Of a stretch of DNA of 64,000 bases, positions 60,391 to 64,000 are shown piece by piece; the stretch's first letter is position 1, and every line of letters starts with the position of its first letter. The position numbers were made by a program, and so were the translations under genes. The notes beneath the pieces are model-generated. The model worked only from the letters and a program-made list of their open reading frames with translations. It was not told the DNA's origin and searched no databases. Source of the DNA: Flavobacteriales bacterium (GTDB lineage Bacteria; Bacteroidota; Bacteroidia; Flavobacteriales; Flavobacteriaceae); contig SGZH01000002.1 of NCBI GenBank assembly GCA_004214175.1, forward strand, positions 1,826-65,825, in the 5' to 3' direction.

Positions 60391-61251
60391 TTAATTAAAA
60401 AATTCATTAATCGTAAAACTCTCGTCGAGACGAACTCCTTTATCGGTATGTTTTACAGTAATAATTGGATTATGAGCATCATGCTCTAAAAATAAATAGT
60501 AATTATTGTTAGCTGCCAAATTTAGAAATTTTTCTTTTTCCGGCATAGTTAATAAAGGTCTTGTGTCATATCCCATCACAAAAGGCAGCGGTAAATGTCC
60601 TGCGGTTGGTAATAAATCTGCCATAAAGACTACTTTTTTTCCTTTGTAATTAATATGCGGAATCATTTGTTTTTCGGTATGTCCGTTTGCAAAAAAAATG
60701 TCAAAATTGATTTTTTTTGATTCTAAAAAATCACCATTGTGGCTCTCAACAAAATTTAATTGCCCACTTTCTTGTATTGGAATTATGTTTTCGGATAGAA
60801 AAGATGCTTTTTCCCGACGATTTGGTTTTGTAGCCCAATTCCAGTGATCTTTATTACTCCAATAAGTTGCATTTTTAAAGGAAGGCTCATAACCGGTTTT
60901 ATTTTTGTTCCACTGTATAGCGCCGCCACAATGATCAAAATGAAGATGAGACAAAAATACATCTGTAATATCATCTTTGTGAAAACCTTTGTTGTTCAAT
61001 GAAGACTCCAAGCTATGATTTCCCCATGGATAGTAATATCCAAAAAACTTATCACTTTGTTTATTCCCCATACCTGTATCTATTAAGGTAAGTCTATTGC
61101 CATTTTCGATTAAAAGACAGCGAGCAGCAATATCTATCATATTATTACTGTCAGCTGGATTTGTTTTAGACCAAATAGACTTAGGAACTACGCCAAACAT
61201 AGCTCCGCCATCTAATTTAAAATTACCTGCTTCAATAGGGTGTAATTCCAT
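60391..61251 (-). CDS. MBL-fold metallo-hydrolase
   Basis: LDGGAMFGVVPK, HLHFDHCGG, GHT, EHD; -7 element TACCTTTG at 61259-61266 (minus strand). Confidence 0.9.
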   Translation of the reverse strand: MELHPIEAGNFKLDGGAMFGVVPKSIWSKTNPADSNNMIDIAARCLLIENGNRLTLIDTGMGNKQSDKFFGYYYPWGNHSLESSLNNKGFHKDDITDVFLSHLHFDHCGGAIQWNKNKTGYEPSFKNATYWSNKDHWNWATKPNRREKASFLSENIIPIQESGQLNFVESHNGDFLESKKINFDIFFANGHTEKQMIPHINYKGKKVVFMADLLPTAGHLPLPFVMGYDTRPLLTMPEKEKFLNLAANNNYYLFLEHDAHNPIITVKHTDKGVRLDESFTINEFFN

Positions 61252-61362
61252 AGGCTAGCAAAGGTAATTAAACATATGAATAAGGACAAAATCTTATGAG
61301 ATTATTAGGGTTTTGTGCTAATTTGTATTTGAATCCTCATTTTTAGCACCAATAGTATTGGT

Positions 61363-63585
61363 TTATTTATTGAGGATTGTAGCTAATTTTTCTCCATAAT
61401 CTAAAAAAGCAATGGTCTCATCTGTCCGTGCTAATTTAATTTTATCAAATATTAAAAGCGCATTGCCATTACTTTCAATATGGTAAATCTGCTGGTTTTC
61501 AAAAAAGCGAACAATTTCTTCTGTGAAAAAAGTGCGAATTTCAGATTCATTATTACCCATAAGTAAGAATTTTTTAGAAAAATCAGGATACATTTCAAAA
61601 TCAATATCTTTATAGCCTGTAAACGCCATTACCCTATCAAAAATTTTCCCCAAAACCCCTTCTTTTTCCATTGAGAAAACAGGTATTTTTTTATTTAACC
61701 TTAATACCATTAAAGTGGTATTAAAAGTTTCGGCTGTAAAAGCTTGCCCCTCATTAAAAGTTATATCTACGATTTCCCAAGAAATACCCATCCCGAGAAA
61801 CGAGCCTTTTAAGCTGTTATATTTTCGTTCAATAGGCCTAATTTCAAAAAAGTGAAACTTTTTTAAATAGTCCGTCTTCCAATCAACTTGACTCGAGAAT
61901 TGAAACCCTTTTTCAGTTGCTAAATTTCTTAAACGTTTTTGTCTTTGAGATAATTTAGCGTCAGAGCTAGTTAAACAAATTTTCAAAGCTCTATTATGGT
62001 TAGATGACGATACGTGTGAGTCCAATCCAGTAATAAAAACGTTACCTCCAGAAGCTCTTTGTGTTTTTAGATATTCCGCCAAGTAATCCATGTAGGTAAT
62101 ACCTACCAATCTTGTTTCTGACAAATCAATATTGACATCAGCTCCTTGGGGTATTTCTGCTATTAGTTTATCGATTTTTAAAATCCCTAAAAAATTCGCA
62201 ATTCCATTAATTTTTAGATCGAAAGCATTATCAGATAATTTTACGAGCCTAGTCCTTGACTTATAAACCATTTTAAAAAATTGTGGAACGGATAACTTCG
62301 CTAATAGCATATGTGTAACAAGCGCAAGTAATAAGCCACCAACTAAGCCAATCAATAAATTGGTATATAGCGTTAAAACCATTGTAAATACAAAGAAAAT
62401 TAATTGTTCTGTTCCTTGGTTGTAAGCCTGTTTAAAAACTGCAGGTGATGCCAATTTAAAACCAGTATACACAAGTAAAATAGCAAAAGCACATAAAGGA
62501 ACCTGTCTCATTATTGGGCTTAATAATACGATAAAAACTAACAACAAAAGACCTTGATACATATTTGACCATTTAGTTTTTGCACCATTGTGAATGTTTA
62601 CAGTACTTCTAATAATCACAGCAATGATTGGCAGTCCTCCAATTAAACCAGCGACCATTGTGCTTAAGCCTATACCTGTTAAGTCTTTATTTAAGTTTGT
62701 CTTTCGTCTATATGGATCAATTTTATCAACGGCTTTAGCAATAGCTAAAGACTCTATACTCGTAATAATTAACATAGAAAATACTGTTGTCCAGAATTCA
62801 AGTGTGTTAATCTTACTAAAGTTAGGATGCATTATTGATTCCATTATTGAATCAGGGATATCTAATAGTAAGTCAGGGCCTATATCGTAGGCTTTTCCTA
62901 AAAATGAAATCGTTTGTTGGTCAAAGAAATTAAACACATATACAAACGGAATAGACAGTGCTATAACCCACATCGGCGCAGGTAAAAGATGAAAAAAACG
63001 ATAACTAGTTTTAGAGTGAAACAACAACAGGAGCAATCCAGTTAAAGCGATGATCAAAACAAATGGATTGGCTTCTGGCAACAACAAAACAGCATCAATT
63101 AGATTTTCTATAATACTACTACTGTCAGAATGTGTACCCATCGCAACATGGATTTGTTTTGCAAAAATGATGATTCCTATCGCTGCTAATATACCGTGAA
63201 TTACAGAAGAATGAAAAATCTCTGCTAACCTTCCTAATTTAGCTAAGCCAAGTAGCATTTGAATTGCACCTGAAATCACCACAGCCGCCAAGACATAATT
63301 AAATGCTTGTCCTGAGCCATCATCCATCAATACAATGCCCAAAAGAATTACTCCGATAACTCCTTTAGCGGGTCCATTGACCGAGATGTGGCCACCCCGA
63401 TATAAAGTGGTCACAACCCCTCCAATAATAGCAGAGAGAATACCAGACATTGCAGGCGCCCCTGCAGCAAGAGCAATTCCTAGTGAAAGAGGTAAAGCAA
63501 TAAGAGCCACACTTACTGCAGCAATTAAATCGCTTCGCCAATTTTGAATTAACCCCGGAATACCTTTTTTTGGTATGCTATCCAT
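61363..63585 (-). CDS. SulP/SLC26 family anion transporter with STAS-like and extra C-terminal domains
   Basis: DLIAAVSVALIALPLSLGIALA, GPAKG, GGLPIIAVIIRS, GAKTKWSN. Confidence 0.88.
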   Translation of the reverse strand: MDSIPKKGIPGLIQNWRSDLIAAVSVALIALPLSLGIALAAGAPAMSGILSAIIGGVVTTLYRGGHISVNGPAKGVIGVILLGIVLMDDGSGQAFNYVLAAVVISGAIQMLLGLAKLGRLAEIFHSSVIHGILAAIGIIIFAKQIHVAMGTHSDSSSIIENLIDAVLLLPEANPFVLIIALTGLLLLLFHSKTSYRFFHLLPAPMWVIALSIPFVYVFNFFDQQTISFLGKAYDIGPDLLLDIPDSIMESIMHPNFSKINTLEFWTTVFSMLIITSIESLAIAKAVDKIDPYRRKTNLNKDLTGIGLSTMVAGLIGGLPIIAVIIRSTVNIHNGAKTKWSNMYQGLLLLVFIVLLSPIMRQVPLCAFAILLVYTGFKLASPAVFKQAYNQGTEQLIFFVFTMVLTLYTNLLIGLVGGLLLALVTHMLLAKLSVPQFFKMVYKSRTRLVKLSDNAFDLKINGIANFLGILKIDKLIAEIPQGADVNIDLSETRLVGITYMDYLAEYLKTQRASGGNVFITGLDSHVSSSNHNRALKICLTSSDAKLSQRQKRLRNLATEKGFQFSSQVDWKTDYLKKFHFFEIRPIERKYNSLKGSFLGMGISWEIVDITFNEGQAFTAETFNTTLMVLRLNKKIPVFSMEKEGVLGKIFDRVMAFTGYKDIDFEMYPDFSKKFLLMGNNESEIRTFFTEEIVRFFENQQIYHIESNGNALLIFDKIKLARTDETIAFLDYGEKLATILNK

Positions 63586-63688
63586 TTTAAAGATTTGATG
63601 GTTTTGTTTCTAAATAGCTAAAATAGTAAATATTAAGAATTATTTTATATTGTAACAGAAAGAGAAACCTTCAACGGTATTATAATAG

Positions 63689-64000
63689 TTACAATTCTTC
63701 GGGTGCCAGCTCTAAATATAAGCCATCTAACCCTTTAGTTACAGATATTTGACAACTTAATCTACTATTTTGTTTAACGTTAAAAGCCTCAGATAACATA
63801 GCTTCTTCTTCTTCTCCTTTTTCTGGGATAGTGTGTTTGGAATGAATATAACATTGGCAAGAAGCACACATAGCCATGCCGCCACAAACCCCAATAGTTC
63901 CCTCTGGAGCCAACTCATATGACCGTACAATTTCCATAATATTCATAGCCATGTCCGTTGGTGCTAAAATTTTATGAACATGTCCATCACGATCCTTTAT
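63689..64000 (-). CDS. 2Fe-2S ferredoxin (adrenodoxin/ISC-type); start lies beyond the right edge
   Basis: The frame stays open to the edge (IKDRDGHVHKILAPTDMAMN...); CGGMAMCASC...RLSCQ. Confidence 0.88.
   Translation of the reverse strand: MKDRDGHVHKILAPTDMAMNIMEIVRSYELAPEGTIGVCGGMAMCASCQCYIHSKHTIPEKGEEEEAMLSEAFNVKQNSRLSCQISVTKGLDGLYLELAPEEL

Noticed and set aside
54802-61251. Cluster of S41, M1, S8 peptidases and an MBL hydrolase as a novel proteolytic system
   Set aside because: All are well-known families interleaved with rnpA; this looks like ordinary conserved Flavobacteriaceae gene order.
2781-63547. Numerous 60-130 aa ORFs antisense to or nested within long genes (e.g. 2781, 4478, 5708, 9669, 10020, 21037, 55673, 57900, 59768, 60783, 62594, 63335)
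   Set aside because: They lie entirely within well-supported genes and show no recognisable motifs; they are typical shadow ORFs.

Overview
AT-rich chromosomal segment from a Flavobacteriaceae-like member of Bacteroidota. The assignment rests on SprE/PorW, a Flavobacteria-type gene order and many TAnnTTTG -7 promoter elements. Most genes are on the minus strand. From left to right: a partial sprE/porW, a stand-alone 2Fe-2S ferredoxin, a GT9 enzyme and purD. Next is a ~21-kb surface-polysaccharide locus (WcaJ-like transferase, UDP-GlcA decarboxylase, ugd, two GTs, a flippase, two O-antigen ligase/polymerase-type proteins, a Wzz-like protein, rfbBACD). Housekeeping genes follow (tatA, pgk, holB, mnmG flanked by two perfect parS palindromes, ybeY, gltX, glnS, folB, tRNA-Cys, rnr), then a very AT-rich 512-bp spacer that is a candidate oriC, then rpiB, peptidases, rnpA and SulP. 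The best candidate for an under-described system is a tightly coupled five-gene module inside the polysaccharide operon (17654-24286). It encodes an exported metallophosphoesterase, a degenerate CotH-like/beta-helix protein, a VTC polyphosphate-polymerase-domain protein, a DUF4956 membrane protein and a membrane-anchored CotH-like kinase. This suggests an extracytoplasmic, possibly polyphosphate-fuelled, glycan or envelope phosphorylation/dephosphorylation system. Family names come from motif recognition only; no database searches were run. No CRISPR array, rRNA, transposase or integrase was seen.
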